64,000 nt of DNA from positions 12,490 through 76,489 of the IMG/VR virus record IMGVR_UViG_3300036790_000811, one strand, 5' to 3'. This document shows, piece by piece, positions 28,287-39,336 of this stretch; within the stretch, counting starts at the first letter, position 1; each line of letters begins with the position of its first letter. Made by a program: the position numbers and the translations under genes. This stretch comes from a virus. Below the pieces are notes generated by a model, which saw only the letters and a list, made by a program, of their open reading frames with translations, did no database searches and had not been told where the DNA came from.

Positions 28287-29660
28287 ATGGCCCTTACCGG
28301 CGGTGGCCTAGGAGGCCTTGGCGGGCCCAATATTTATCCGAGCGTTCTCACGTGGCTTGGCCTTGCGCGAGAGCTAACGGCGGGCAATCCAGTTCTTCCG
28401 GTCTGGACGCACCCCCTTGACCAGGGATCATTCGAGCCCGAGGATACGCCTAAGTTCCTTCAGGACAAGGCGATCCGTGGCGCGATGACGGACCTGTTCT
28501 ATGAGACCCTCGGCGTTGAGTCCGCCGCGTTCTCGTTCGGCGGTCCCAACTTCCTGGACACGCACGGATACTTCTTCGACAACGTCTTCGGCGATCTGTC
28601 CAGTTCATGCAGCACCCTTTCGACTAGTACGACTGTCGCCGCTACTCTCCCTGTTGGCGCAACGTCCATGACGGTAGCCTCCACCGCCGGGATGTCCACT
28701 GGCGGTTACATTCAGATCGGAACGGCAGCCTCCACGCTGACCTCTTCTTATATCAATGAAGTCGTTCAGATCACTAGCATGATCACGACGGCTGTGACCT
28801 TCGCGAACAACCCGCTCCGGTTCGCTCACACGGCAGCCACTCCCGTGGCTCCCTGCGTTCTCAGTACTGCTACCACCTTCACGCACCGTTTCGCGGCCCT
28901 GAACTCCCAGCTCGGCTACGGTGGCGCCTATGGTGCGCAGCCCCCGACGCACACTTTCACGGACCAAACAAATGTAGTCAATGCCCTGACGGCCGGCTAC
29001 ATCTCCGGCAACCCCTTCGGCACGGTTCCCACCAACACCTACGGTGCCCGGCAGTACGCTTTCTCGTGCCTGAAGAACATCGACTTTTCCGGTAATGCGG
29101 AACAGCTGCTCGGCATCAAGATGGCCGGGGACAGCTTCTTGTCCACCCCGGTTCCCGCAGGGACGCCGCCCATACTACAGACGACCGGCGCCAGGCCCAT
29201 TCCCAACTGGGCCGCGACAGTGAACATCCTGGGACAGACGGTGCCGACGACGACCGTCGGCGAGTTCATGGTGTCCTTTAAGCGTCAGACGCAGGTGTAC
29301 TGGACGGTTCAGGGATCGCAGCAGCCGTTCGTCATCGCACGCGGACCGCTGACCATGGACGGGACGATCCAGTACGACCCGACTACATCGGAAATCCCGC
29401 TGGACATCATGCTCCTGAACGCCCAGGGTCCGATGAGCATCAACCTGAGCAATGCGAACATCCCGAACTCGGGCCCCCTGTTCAACTTGACGTTCACTGC
29501 TTCCCAGGTCGCGAACGTCAAATCCAAGATCAACCGGTCCAAGGACCTAGTGGCTTACGGCAACTCATTCGAGGGCGTTGGAAATGCCACAGATGTGGGT
29601 GGTTCTGGGGGTCTTGGCCCGGGAACCATCACATTGGTCAACACGGTCGCCACTTACTGA
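28287..29660 (+). CDS. Major tail (tube) protein
   Basis: TWLGLARE…FLQDKAIRG N-terminus; position before the chaperones. Confidence 0.8.
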   Translation: MALTGGGLGGLGGPNIYPSVLTWLGLARELTAGNPVLPVWTHPLDQGSFEPEDTPKFLQDKAIRGAMTDLFYETLGVESAAFSFGGPNFLDTHGYFFDNVFGDLSSSCSTLSTSTTVAATLPVGATSMTVASTAGMSTGGYIQIGTAASTLTSSYINEVVQITSMITTAVTFANNPLRFAHTAATPVAPCVLSTATTFTHRFAALNSQLGYGGAYGAQPPTHTFTDQTNVVNALTAGYISGNPFGTVPTNTYGARQYAFSCLKNIDFSGNAEQLLGIKMAGDSFLSTPVPAGTPPILQTTGARPIPNWAATVNILGQTVPTTTVGEFMVSFKRQTQVYWTVQGSQQPFVIARGPLTMDGTIQYDPTTSEIPLDIMLLNAQGPMSINLSNANIPNSGPLFNLTFTASQVANVKSKINRSKDLVAYGNSFEGVGNATDVGGSGGLGPGTITLVNTVATY

Positions 29661-30232
29661 CGGTTACCTCTTCGCCACTGAGCGTAGTGCATAGAGCACC
29701 ACCCCCGACCAAAGTAGGGCTTATCGCACCCCGGTTCCCCGCATCGGCGGTTATCGGTAACTCGTTTGGTTCGCAACGCCGCGCTGCGATCCCGTGCGCA
29801 CTGCTTGCAGATGCGCTGCTTGAATGAACCGTCGGAATAGCGAGCGATCTTCGTATTTTCTTCGGTCCATTCGTGATCGTTATCGCAAGAGGTGCGACTT
29901 GCCTCATAGTGAGTACCATGCCGGATTTCGTCCAACTTGTTCTCGCTGCTTGTTCCCCAGGCGAGGTTAGACAGTGCCGGATTCCGGCAGTCACCATCAA
30001 GATGGCGAGCTTCTTGTCCTGAAGGCTTCGGTCCTATGAATGCTTCCAGGACAAGGTGGTGCAGATATTTACCTTTCTGCCTTCCATCCCTGAAGAGAAC
30101 TACCATCGGATAGCCGCCGCTATTGCTATAGCTTGGTTTCAGGATGATGTTCCGTCGCAGGCTGAGAACGTTGCCCTCATCCGAAATCTTGTAGTACTCC
30201 TCAAATCCCACCACTGGGCACCACTGAGTCAT
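29654..30232 (-). mobile_element. NUMOD4-HNH homing endonuclease (antisense)
   Basis: W.PVVGFEEYYKISDEG; RHLDGD..NP.LSNLAWGT; leaderless TATGAT -10 box. Confidence 0.92.
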
Positions 30233-30271
30233 CTGTCAATCATATCATAGTTACTAAAACAGGAGACGCGA

Positions 30272-30861
30272 ATGGCTCGTGCAGAGCTTCCATCCGGCGG
30301 ATTTATCGAATACCGGGACCACTTGCTCGCACGAGACAAGTTCGTCGTGCAAGATTCGGTCACCCTCACCTTCAAGGACGGGGGAAACGAGACCAGCATG
30401 GGCATCGTCAATGATCAGCGCAATGCCCTGCTCGGACGGATTATCACCTCATGGTCCTATCCGGTACCGATCCCGTCCCAGAACTCGTTCCAGGCAGCGG
30501 ACGTGGTTATCGGCGAGGCCATGGACCTCGATGATTACAACGCCTTGTCCAAGGCCGTACAGCCCCTGATGGACAAACTCACCGAGCGCACCACGGGGGA
30601 TGACCCAAAAAAGCCGTAGCGCGCATCGCCCAGATCATCGTCTACCGCTACAACGGGGGCGCGGAGAATTTCCAGCCGGAATACCCGGAAGAACTTCCGC
30701 CGAAGATGATGATCTACCACTACTTCGCCCGGCACCGGGGCTGGACTCCGCGCCAGGTAGATGAGCTGGAGATCGGCGAACTCGAATGGCTTGCCCTCCT
30801 GGATGAGGCATTCGGCGTGGCTGAAGAGAGAATCCGCAGGCAGAACAATCTAGGAAAGTGA
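30272..30861 (+). CDS. Tail assembly chaperone G (30272-30619) and GT, made by a -1 frameshift at A-AAA-AAG (30607-30613)
   Basis: Slippery heptamer before TAG; the -1 frame continues …GWTPRQVDEL… to TGA 30861. Confidence 0.85.
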
Positions 30862-30868
30862 GCCGCGA

Positions 30869-32008
30869 ATGAGCCGTGTTATGTGGCACAGCGTCAGTCC
30901 CTGGGCCCCGAGTGGGTACGGAGTTCAGACCCAGATCTGGACCCGGCGCCTCAAGGAACTGGGTCACGAGGTCATCATCAGCTCTTTCTGGGGAATTCAG
31001 GGCGGTGCTACCCAATGGGAAGGCATGATGGTCCTCCCCGGCTTCGGGGGTGCCTACTGCACGCCGTCGCTGCATCAGCATGCCAAGGCCTTCAAGCCCG
31101 ACCTCGTCATCACCCTCGGGGACATCTGGGTGATGGACGCCAACCTCCTCCGGGAGATCCCGGCGGCTCACTGGCTCCCCTCGGACTCGCGCCCCATGTC
31201 CTCGGCCGACCGGGGTGTCGCGGAAGCCTCCGGCGATGACCTGATCGCGATGAGCAAGTTCGGCCACCAGCGGTTCCTGGACGCGGGCTTCACGAACGCC
31301 CTCTACGTCCCCCACGGGATCGACACTGAGGTCTTCAAGCCGCTGGACAACGTGAAGGAACTGCGCGAAGCCTGCGGCCTGACGGAGGATCACTTCGTCA
31401 TCGGCATCAACCAGGCCAACAATGACGCCATCCGCAAGGCCCTGCCGGAGCAGATGTTGGCGTTCGCCCGGTTCGCGAAGAACCATGACGACGCCATGCT
31501 CACCCTGCACACCGGGGTTAAGCAGGAAGGCGGCCAAGACCTGGAGGCCGTGGCCGAGAATCTCGGCATCCTGGACCGGATCCGGGTGGTGGACCAGTAC
31601 CGCTACACCAGCGGGATGATCACCCAGTCTGACCTGAACGAGTGGTACAACGTCCTGGACGTGCTGTCCCAGGCGGTCTACGCCGAAGGCTTCGGCCTCC
31701 CGGTCGTGGAGGCGCAGGCGACCGGTACCCCGGTGATCACCACGAACGCCTCCGCCATGGAGGAGCTGAACCCCTACGGCATTACCGTGGACGGGGAGCC
31801 CTTCTGGAACGGCGTCCACAAGGCATGGTGGATACGTCCCAGCGTCAGGGAGATCGCGGATTCCTACGAGCTCGCCTACGAGAAGCGCAAGGACGTCAAG
31901 CCTGATCTCTACCGGGACTTCGCCGGGACCTATGACTTCCGCAAGGTCAGTCCGGAATTCATGGAGCCGGCGGTTGAAGAGTTGCTTCGCCGCATGAAGG
32001 ACCGCTGA
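30869..32008 (+). CDS. Glycosyltransferase (GT-B/GT4-like)
   Basis: SGYGVQT, VPHGIDT, EGFGLPVVEAQATGTPVI. Confidence 0.92.
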   Translation: MSRVMWHSVSPWAPSGYGVQTQIWTRRLKELGHEVIISSFWGIQGGATQWEGMMVLPGFGGAYCTPSLHQHAKAFKPDLVITLGDIWVMDANLLREIPAAHWLPSDSRPMSSADRGVAEASGDDLIAMSKFGHQRFLDAGFTNALYVPHGIDTEVFKPLDNVKELREACGLTEDHFVIGINQANNDAIRKALPEQMLAFARFAKNHDDAMLTLHTGVKQEGGQDLEAVAENLGILDRIRVVDQYRYTSGMITQSDLNEWYNVLDVLSQAVYAEGFGLPVVEAQATGTPVITTNASAMEELNPYGITVDGEPFWNGVHKAWWIRPSVREIADSYELAYEKRKDVKPDLYRDFAGTYDFRKVSPEFMEPAVEELLRRMKDR

Positions 32009-32022
32009 CTTAAAGGGGTGAC

Positions 32023-32511
32023 ATGGACCTCCAGGGACTGATTGAACAGTTGGAGGTCCTGAAAGGTGCTGTCGAGAACGCGGCAGCTCCTTCCGCGACG
32101 GCAATGGCGGAGAACTTCCGCAAGGGAGTAGTTGAGGTCACGCTCCGCCAGATATCTCATGCTCCCGGGCTGTACTGGGAAGCGCCAGCGGGCCAACCTC
32201 CTGCCTATGTTACGGGAAATCTTGCCCGTTCCGTCCGGACTACCCCCGCCAGCGGGACGCCGAGGGCTTCGGCATTCGTAGCAGCCTATGCGAAATATGC
32301 CGCGCTTCAAGCTTTCGGAGGCGAAACCCGGCCGACTCAAGGCAAGTACATGCACTGGCGAAATTCCGGCGGCAGTTGGTTCAAGGAGCGCGTCTATGTT
32401 CCCGCCCACCCCTACTTTCCGCCTACCCTGGGTCGTCAAATTTCCGATGGCAGTCTCTCTAATGTCGCAGCAGAAACTTTCTGGGCTCGCATTTCTCCGC
32501 TTCTTTCCTAG
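32023..32511 (+). CDS. HK97 gp10-like tail/neck protein
   Basis: PGQPPA..TGNLARS…YA…FGG…PAHPYF.P motif. Confidence 0.75.
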   Translation: MDLQGLIEQLEVLKGAVENAAAPSATAMAENFRKGVVEVTLRQISHAPGLYWEAPAGQPPAYVTGNLARSVRTTPASGTPRASAFVAAYAKYAALQAFGGETRPTQGKYMHWRNSGGSWFKERVYVPAHPYFPPTLGRQISDGSLSNVAAETFWARISPLLS

Positions 32512-33101
32512 GAAGCCCGGAGGGATGCGAGCCTTCTTTTTGCTGTCTCTAGATTGTTTGCTATAAGTCGCAGACGGTCTGGATCCTCTCGCCCCTGCCC
32601 TATCAATAGGTTGCATGAAGGGCAGGCGAGGCCTCGCCTGCATAGTTCACATGAGTACCCGTAGCGGCAGCATGAGTGATCGTGATCCATTACAAATCCA
32701 CGAGGATTTACTGTATCCAGTACCTCGGCGCAGAGGTAGCATCTGCCGTTTTGTAGAGCCAGGAATTCAGCTACCAACTCATCCCAGTTACGACCATGCC
32801 TGTATGACATACCGGAGCGTGGATTTTTCTCCCGAAACTCGCGAGACTTATTGACGTAATATTCTCGATGGCTAGATACATGCTGGCGTCTTTGGCATTT
32901 TTCACTACAGAAGCGACGCGAACTACGTTCGGCGGTAAAGGAAATGCCGCAACGTTCGCATACTTTTTCGAGGACATCAAAACCGCGCTGCCTTTTTCGT
33001 GCAGCTCGGTCTATACATTCCCTTGAACAAAATCGCTTATTCTTGTGCGCCGCCTTGACAGTCTTTCCGCACTCTTCACAGGTGATCATCGTTACCCGCA
33101 T
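32508..33101 (-). mobile_element. Endonuclease VII-type homing endonuclease (antisense)
   Basis: QNGRCYLC…DHDHSCC…RGLACPSCN; two N-terminal CxxC…FCSxxC repeats; leaderless TAAGGT -10 box. Confidence 0.9.
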
Positions 33102-33139
33102 AGTAGTCCACCTTACGCGAAGGAAGGAGGTGAACCAGC

Positions 33140-36100
33140 ATTCCGGAACTTCCAGAGGTGAATGAAGCCTTCGTTGCTGACGTGAGTGACTACCTTGTCG
33201 GCATTCAGGAAATGATCGACAAGACAGTTGAGGCTGCCGAGTCCGTAGCCAACCTGCGTCGCGAGATCGAGGAGCTTCCTCGCGAGACGATCGTCACGGT
33301 CAAGTACGTCCGGGAAACCGTCGGTGAAGCTCCTGAAGATATCCAGCGGACGGTTACTGACGTCACGGACGTTACGGGCGGCGCTAGTGACGATATCCAG
33401 AAGGCCGGGGAGCAGGCACAGCAGGCCCGGGAAGACTTCGAGGACATGTCCGAGTCCGCCGGGGAGGCCAGTGAGCGCCTGGAGGAACTCAGCGACGAGG
33501 CAGCCGGGCTCGATGAACACCTGGACGAAGTCCGGGAGAACGTCGGTGATCTCAAGGAGAACCTGGAGGACGCCGGCAATGCCATGGAGAATGCCGCCAG
33601 GGATACTCGCGATTACGATGCCGCCAACCGTGAGGCGATGGAAAGCGCAAGGCAGCTGGGAGAGCGCACCCTTGAAGGCAAGGAGGGTATGGATGAATTT
33701 ATTGACGCTCTCGATGAGGCTGTTCCCGGCCTGAAACAGTTCATGACGGAAAGTGCCATTGCCGGCGAAAGCCTGAAAGACCTGGGCGAGGATGCGGATC
33801 TCGCGACGATCGCGGCGGATGCATTCGACCGCGCCGTCACCGACGGCGATCTCACCATCGCCCAGACGACTGCCCTGCTGCGCGCCGCTCTTGCCGCCTA
33901 CAAGGAGCTCGGGGACGCGACCAGCGTCGCCGCCGTCGGTCAGTATGCCCTCAACGAGTCGATGGACGCGACCGACATGAAGGCGACCGAGCAAGCCTCT
34001 TTGCTCCAGATCGTCACTACCGCCCAGCGCAACTACGCCTCCATGACCAAGGACCTGGTAGTCGCGGAGCAGGCCGAGGAGGCCGCTCTCGCCGCCACCG
34101 AGGAGGAGCTGAACGCAAACGCGGTAAGCACCCTGGAAATGGCGGATGCCCAGACGTTCGCCAACGCCAACGTCATCGCCACGATGAACTCCGAGCGCAA
34201 GTACGCCGAGACGATCTCCATGGTCCAGGAGATCCAGGAGCGCGAGCAGGAACAGCTCATAGAGCTTTCCATTGCCTACGAGGCAGAGGCGGCGGCGGCC
34301 CGGGAAGCGGCGGCGGCGACTGAGGAGCAGCGGGCGCAGTCGGAGCGCCTTGATGCCGAGATCCTCATCGAGGAAGAGGCGATGAACCGCCTCCGGGAAT
34401 CGACCGGCGGCGCTACCGTCGCATTCGACCAGTTCCAGACAGCAATCGAAGATCTTCACGCCAATACCGACGGCGTCACGACCGACATGGACGCCCTGGC
34501 CGAGGCGCTCGCTCGCCAGGATGCCGGGGCTAATGCCGCTCGCGGTGCCTACGCCGCCCTGGCCGATGGTTTCGATTCTGCCGCCGAGGCGCTGACCAGT
34601 TACCGCCAGGGCATGACGATGACCACGGAGCAGGTGCATGTCCTCAACATCCTCCTCAGCTCCCTGGCCACGGGCGGTCTTCCCGCCTTCAATGAGGCCC
34701 TCCGCGCGAACACTGAGTCGTTCGATGACCTGGATGTGGGCATGCGGGGTGCCGTTGCTTCCAGCGACGCCTACCTGGCCGGCATGGAGACCGTCAGCGC
34801 GACTCAGCAGAAGCTGACGGAAAACACTATCTTCGCCAACGAGGCGCTGGCCATGGCGGGCGTTGAAGCCATGAAGCTGAGCGCCACGGAAGCAACACTC
34901 GCCGGGGATACCGAGACGGTAGCGAGCGTCATGGCCGCCGCCCGGGAAGCGGTAGCCCAGTTCACCACCACCAGTCACGCCAGTGCCGAAGATGTTGCCA
35001 ATCTCGCCGCCGTGACCCTGGCCCTGACGAACACCATCACGGCGAGCGGGGGAGCCTACCGGGGCTGGGGGGCCGGGCTTTCCAGTGCCAGCGTTGTCGC
35101 CGCCGGAGGCCTGCTGGACATGGTTGAGGCGGCTAAGCAGGCCAGCGCCGAAACCGGCGTCACGGGCGCCAACATGCTCGCCATGGCGGCAGCCGCCAGG
35201 CAGGCCGGGGACAATATCGGCGGCATGACAATCCCCCTCGGGGCTGCCGCCTTCGGTATCACCGGAATCGGCACGGCCCTCCACCTGGTCTTCATGGCCG
35301 TGGTGGAGCTTCTCGCCACGCTCGTCCCGGCGATGATCGCCGCTGCCGCCGGGGCCTCGGTTCTGGTGCAGGGTTTTTCCCAGCTCAAGACTCAGCTCAC
35401 CAGCGTCTATGAGGTGGGAGAATCGCTCGGTCCCGCGTTCGGGAAGACGCAGGGCGACATGCTCGGGCTGGGCCACAGTCTCCAGGTCGCCCAGAATGCC
35501 GCCGACCCTGATGCCTACGAGCTGCTCGGCGAGGCGATTATCGGGGTGGACGGGGCCACCGGTCACCTGAATGACCAGATGGGCAGCGTCACTCATACCA
35601 GCCAGGCGGCGGGGCAGGGTATTTCCTCGTTCGGCCAGATGGGACTGGCGGTCGGCAGCGAGCTGGAGAAGTTCGGCGCGGGAATCGACGCCGACCTGAA
35701 CAGCAACCTGAAGACGGTCACGAGCCTGCTGGCCAACGCCGTTCCCGACCTGGTGGAGTGGGGCCAGGTCATGGGCAACCTCGGTCACGCCGTTCTCAAC
35801 CTCGCCGCCGACATGCCGGGTCTGGCCGAGATCATCCTGAAGGTCATCGACGGCATTACGCAGCTCGTCAAGTGGGTCTCCGAGCTCAACCCGACGCTTA
35901 TTGCCGTCGTCTTCGGCTTCGAGGAAGCCTACCGGTGGTCCGGTCTCCTGGTCGGGATCTTCGGCCTGCTCGCTCGGGCCATCGCCCTGGTCGGCACTCT
36001 CGGCCTGCCGGTCATCGGCAAGATCGGCATGAACATGGGCGCCATGGCCGCCAATGTCATTACCGGTGTCGGTGACATGATCGTCAACTTCACCGCCCTC

Positions 36101-38770
36101 CTGGAGAAGATGGGGCTGCTCGCCGCCGGGGTGAAAGACGTGAGCGAGGCCATGGACATGGAGTCTGAGGCCGCCGCCATGTCCGGCGCGATGACGACTC
36201 TCGATGCAGGGGCGACGACCCTGGTCGGGGGACTCGGCAAGGCGGCGGCGTTCATGTCCGGGCCGTGGGGCGCGGCCGTCATGCTTGCCGTGGCCGCCCT
36301 GACCGTCCTGACGATCTGGATTGTCAACACCAAGAACGCCACGCAGCAGTGGGTAGAGGCATCCCAGAAGGCGGTGTCCTCCGCCACCAACCTGACGGTG
36401 CTGAATGTCATCGGCCAGCAGCTGGCCGACACGACCCAGAAGCTCGCCCAGACGAATGACGCGTGGAACGCCAGCCAGCAGCGCGGCCTGCTGTCCGCTG
36501 CCGAGTCCGTGACCTCCACCAAGGCCCTGACCCAGAATCAGCAGCAGCTTTTCAATGAGAGCAACAACGTCGTCGCCGGCGCGGAGTCGATCTCCCAGAC
36601 GTACGGGGTGAGCTTCTCGGCCGCCCTCGGCATCGCTGACCTGGCCGGGGTCAAGCTGGCAACGACGCAGGTGACTCTCGGGGTAAACGCGAACAAGGCC
36701 GGGATCCAGATCGAGTCCCTGATCCAGGGCTTTGATTCCCTGGGGCAAAGCGGGAATACCCTGGCCAACTCCATGAACGCGATCAATGTCGAAGCCGGAA
36801 TCCAGAGTTCCCAGATCAGCAAGGTCAATACCGCCTGGGATCAGTTCATCTCGATGGCCACCTCCCTGACATCCGGGTTCTCCCAGCTCAACCTGGACCT
36901 GGAACAGATGGGCAATGTCGCGGCGGTGACCGGCTCCAAGATCACGGCGTTCTCCACGTCCGCCACGGCGGGCATCACCTTGTCGGTGAGCCAGATCGCC
37001 GCCAGCCTGAACACCTTCAGCGGCTCCTCTGCCCAGACCTGGCAGGCGTTCGACCAGTCCATTACCGGCGCCAACACCTTCATCGACAGCCTGCGCACCG
37101 GCATGACCGCCGGGGTGGTTACCAGCGGGGATTACACCAAGGGCGTTGCCGATATCGTCGCGGAGCTGATTCCCTACGCGGCCCAGTCCAAGACGGCGGC
37201 GGCAGAGGTCAGTGCCCTGGCACAGGAGGCCGGAGGACCCGCGACCGACAGTATTTCCGCTCTCAAGAGCTGGGTGGACAAGGCCGGGGGCTCCACGAGC
37301 AATATGTCCGGGCTCGTGGACACGCTTACCCAGAAGCTGACCAACGTCACCTCGGTAGCCAAGACGTTCGCGGACACTCTTCAGCAGGATGTCATCAATG
37401 CCATTGCCAGTGCCGGGGTCAATACTTCCAACATCACCGGCCTGACGGAGGCGTACACCAAGTCGCTTCAGGAAAACGGCTCGCAGTCCGGGGTTACCAA
37501 GAGCGCTCAGGATCAGCTGACCAAGACTCTCCAGAGTTACGGTTTCTCGGCTTCGGACATCAAGGAGCTTGAGCAGGAACTGACCCAGGCGTACGGCAAT
37601 AACGCCTCCCAGGCTGGCACCACCAAGGGCAAGACGGACAGTCTCAGGGGATCTATTACCGAGGCCGGGAACCAGGCCACCATCGTGGGCAACGGCGGTA
37701 TGCGCATCCTGTCTGACGGTGCCCAGAGCGTGAACAAGCAGGCAGGTGCTGCCGAGAGCACGCTCAGGCAGTGGCCGTCGCACGAGGCCACGACCTTTCA
37801 CATGTCCGGTACCGGCGGCGCGAACATCTCAGCGAGCGTGGGCGGGTTCAGCATTCCCGGCGGCGGCGGCGTCCGCATTACGCCGATGTCGGCCGGCGGC
37901 GTGCTGCCCGGCTACGACCCGGGCCACGACAGCATTCACGCCCTGCTGTCTCCCGGCGAGGGGATTCTCGTCCCGCAGGCGGTGCGGGCACTGGGCGGCG
38001 AGCAGGGCATCACGTCCATCAACAAGAGCGTCCGGCACTTTGCGGGCGGCGGTGTCGCCTTCCCGGACGTGACCGGCCAGTCGGCCGGGATGGCGCAGGC
38101 GGCGGCGACCGACATGACCGATGCTCTCGGCCATGCCGCCGCGAACGCGGTCACCTATATCCAGCATCATCTTCAGCAGGAACTGACGGCGGCAGCCGGA
38201 ACAGTCACCGGCCATCTGTCCGCTTCGGAATCGGCGGTCGCGAGCCTGATGACGGTGATGGCCGCCGCCCAGGGGTGGACCGGAGCCCAGCTTCAGGCCC
38301 TGCTGGCCGTGGAATCCCGTGAGGCCGGGTTCAACCCGAACGCCAAGAACCCTTCTTCCGGTGCCTACGGCCTCGCCCAGTTCATCGACGGTCCCAGCGA
38401 ATACGCCCAGTACGGCGGCAATGCCAATACCGTCGCGGGGCAGATCACGGGGATGCTGGCCTACATTAAGAGCCGCTACGGGAATCCCGAAGGTGCCCTC
38501 GCCCATGAAGTGAGCGCGGGCTGGTATGACCAGGGCGGCATGCTGGCCCCGGGCTGGACTCTTGCCCTGAACAATACGGGCCAGCCGGAGCGCGTTACGG
38601 CTCCAAATGGGTCGGGACCGGGCGAAGGCGGAATGGTCCATGCGATCTTCCAGATTGACGGCAAGAGCGTCTTCGAGGGAGTCCAGCCCTACGCTCTGCA
38701 ATGGAATTCGAGAAATAGGGGCAATGGCAACATGGGTGCCGCCGGGTTTGCTCCTAACCGAGGTGCCTAA
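33140..38770 (+). CDS. Tape measure protein with a C-terminal lytic transglycosylase domain; probable ATT start at 33140 (ORF track start GTG 33158)
   Basis: ~1870 aa, Ala-rich and helical with TM segments; ESREAGFNPNAKNPSSGAYGLAQF; AAGGAGGTGA SD 6 nt before ATT. Confidence 0.93.
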   Translation: MPELPEVNEAFVADVSDYLVGIQEMIDKTVEAAESVANLRREIEELPRETIVTVKYVRETVGEAPEDIQRTVTDVTDVTGGASDDIQKAGEQAQQAREDFEDMSESAGEASERLEELSDEAAGLDEHLDEVRENVGDLKENLEDAGNAMENAARDTRDYDAANREAMESARQLGERTLEGKEGMDEFIDALDEAVPGLKQFMTESAIAGESLKDLGEDADLATIAADAFDRAVTDGDLTIAQTTALLRAALAAYKELGDATSVAAVGQYALNESMDATDMKATEQASLLQIVTTAQRNYASMTKDLVVAEQAEEAALAATEEELNANAVSTLEMADAQTFANANVIATMNSERKYAETISMVQEIQEREQEQLIELSIAYEAEAAAAREAAAATEEQRAQSERLDAEILIEEEAMNRLRESTGGATVAFDQFQTAIEDLHANTDGVTTDMDALAEALARQDAGANAARGAYAALADGFDSAAEALTSYRQGMTMTTEQVHVLNILLSSLATGGLPAFNEALRANTESFDDLDVGMRGAVASSDAYLAGMETVSATQQKLTENTIFANEALAMAGVEAMKLSATEATLAGDTETVASVMAAAREAVAQFTTTSHASAEDVANLAAVTLALTNTITASGGAYRGWGAGLSSASVVAAGGLLDMVEAAKQASAETGVTGANMLAMAAAARQAGDNIGGMTIPLGAAAFGITGIGTALHLVFMAVVELLATLVPAMIAAAAGASVLVQGFSQLKTQLTSVYEVGESLGPAFGKTQGDMLGLGHSLQVAQNAADPDAYELLGEAIIGVDGATGHLNDQMGSVTHTSQAAGQGISSFGQMGLAVGSELEKFGAGIDADLNSNLKTVTSLLANAVPDLVEWGQVMGNLGHAVLNLAADMPGLAEIILKVIDGITQLVKWVSELNPTLIAVVFGFEEAYRWSGLLVGIFGLLARAIALVGTLGLPVIGKIGMNMGAMAANVITGVGDMIVNFTALLEKMGLLAAGVKDVSEAMDMESEAAAMSGAMTTLDAGATTLVGGLGKAAAFMSGPWGAAVMLAVAALTVLTIWIVNTKNATQQWVEASQKAVSSATNLTVLNVIGQQLADTTQKLAQTNDAWNASQQRGLLSAAESVTSTKALTQNQQQLFNESNNVVAGAESISQTYGVSFSAALGIADLAGVKLATTQVTLGVNANKAGIQIESLIQGFDSLGQSGNTLANSMNAINVEAGIQSSQISKVNTAWDQFISMATSLTSGFSQLNLDLEQMGNVAAVTGSKITAFSTSATAGITLSVSQIAASLNTFSGSSAQTWQAFDQSITGANTFIDSLRTGMTAGVVTSGDYTKGVADIVAELIPYAAQSKTAAAEVSALAQEAGGPATDSISALKSWVDKAGGSTSNMSGLVDTLTQKLTNVTSVAKTFADTLQQDVINAIASAGVNTSNITGLTEAYTKSLQENGSQSGVTKSAQDQLTKTLQSYGFSASDIKELEQELTQAYGNNASQAGTTKGKTDSLRGSITEAGNQATIVGNGGMRILSDGAQSVNKQAGAAESTLRQWPSHEATTFHMSGTGGANISASVGGFSIPGGGGVRITPMSAGGVLPGYDPGHDSIHALLSPGEGILVPQAVRALGGEQGITSINKSVRHFAGGGVAFPDVTGQSAGMAQAAATDMTDALGHAAANAVTYIQHHLQQELTAAAGTVTGHLSASESAVASLMTVMAAAQGWTGAQLQALLAVESREAGFNPNAKNPSSGAYGLAQFIDGPSEYAQYGGNANTVAGQITGMLAYIKSRYGNPEGALAHEVSAGWYDQGGMLAPGWTLALNNTGQPERVTAPNGSGPGEGGMVHAIFQIDGKSVFEGVQPYALQWNSRNRGNGNMGAAGFAPNRGA

Positions 38771-38814
38771 TCGTACTTTCGCATCCTTGCGGAACAGCAG
38801 AAACGGACGATGAC

Positions 38815-38961
38815 ATGGATATTCACCTGGATCACCAGGCAGTGGCGACTGTCCGGAAGGCTGTCAGTTCCTGCTGCGGCATGCCCCTGGATTTTCCCGA
38901 GTGGCACTGCCGCCAGTGCGGGGAATCCTGCGAACTCGTTCTTGAAGAGGATGACTCATGA
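38815..38961 (+). CDS. Small Cys-rich protein (48 aa)
   Basis: SSCCG…CRQCGESC; ATGA overlap with the next gene. Confidence 0.6.
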   Translation: MDIHLDHQAVATVRKAVSSCCGMPLDFPEWHCRQCGESCELVLEEDDS

Positions 38962-39326
38962 GTGACGGCGTCTCCACGACTTACGCGAATACGATGCTGA
39001 CGAGCCTCACGGCCGCTTCCCTTTACATCAAGCTGCATACCGGGGATCCGGGAGCGGCGGGCACTGCCAGTCCTTCGTCGGTAACGACCCGCGAGAATGT
39101 CACGTGGGGCGCCCCGACCTCGGGGATTACCACTGCCAGCAATCAGCCCGTCTGGTCCTCCTGGGGCGGCACAAATGGCGAGATCGTGACCGACCTGTCC
39201 TTCTGGACGGCCTCGTCGGGCGGTACCTTCGCCACGTCCATGAACCTGACCTCGCCGGTTACGATGAACAGCGGCAACAGCATCACCTTGACGACGATTT
39301 CCATAGGAATTCCGACCGCCAGCTAA
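38958..39326 (+). CDS. Minor tail protein
   Basis: YIKLHTGDPG…WTASSGGTF motif common in actinophage tail proteins. Confidence 0.8.
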   Translation: MSDGVSTTYANTMLTSLTAASLYIKLHTGDPGAAGTASPSSVTTRENVTWGAPTSGITTASNQPVWSSWGGTNGEIVTDLSFWTASSGGTFATSMNLTSPVTMNSGNSITLTTISIGIPTAS

Positions 39327-39336
39327 GGAATGACCC

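Noticed and set aside
30607-30613. Tail chaperone -1 frameshift as a novel finding
   Set aside because: It is real but is the standard G/GT frameshift of long-tailed phages, so it is listed only as a feature.
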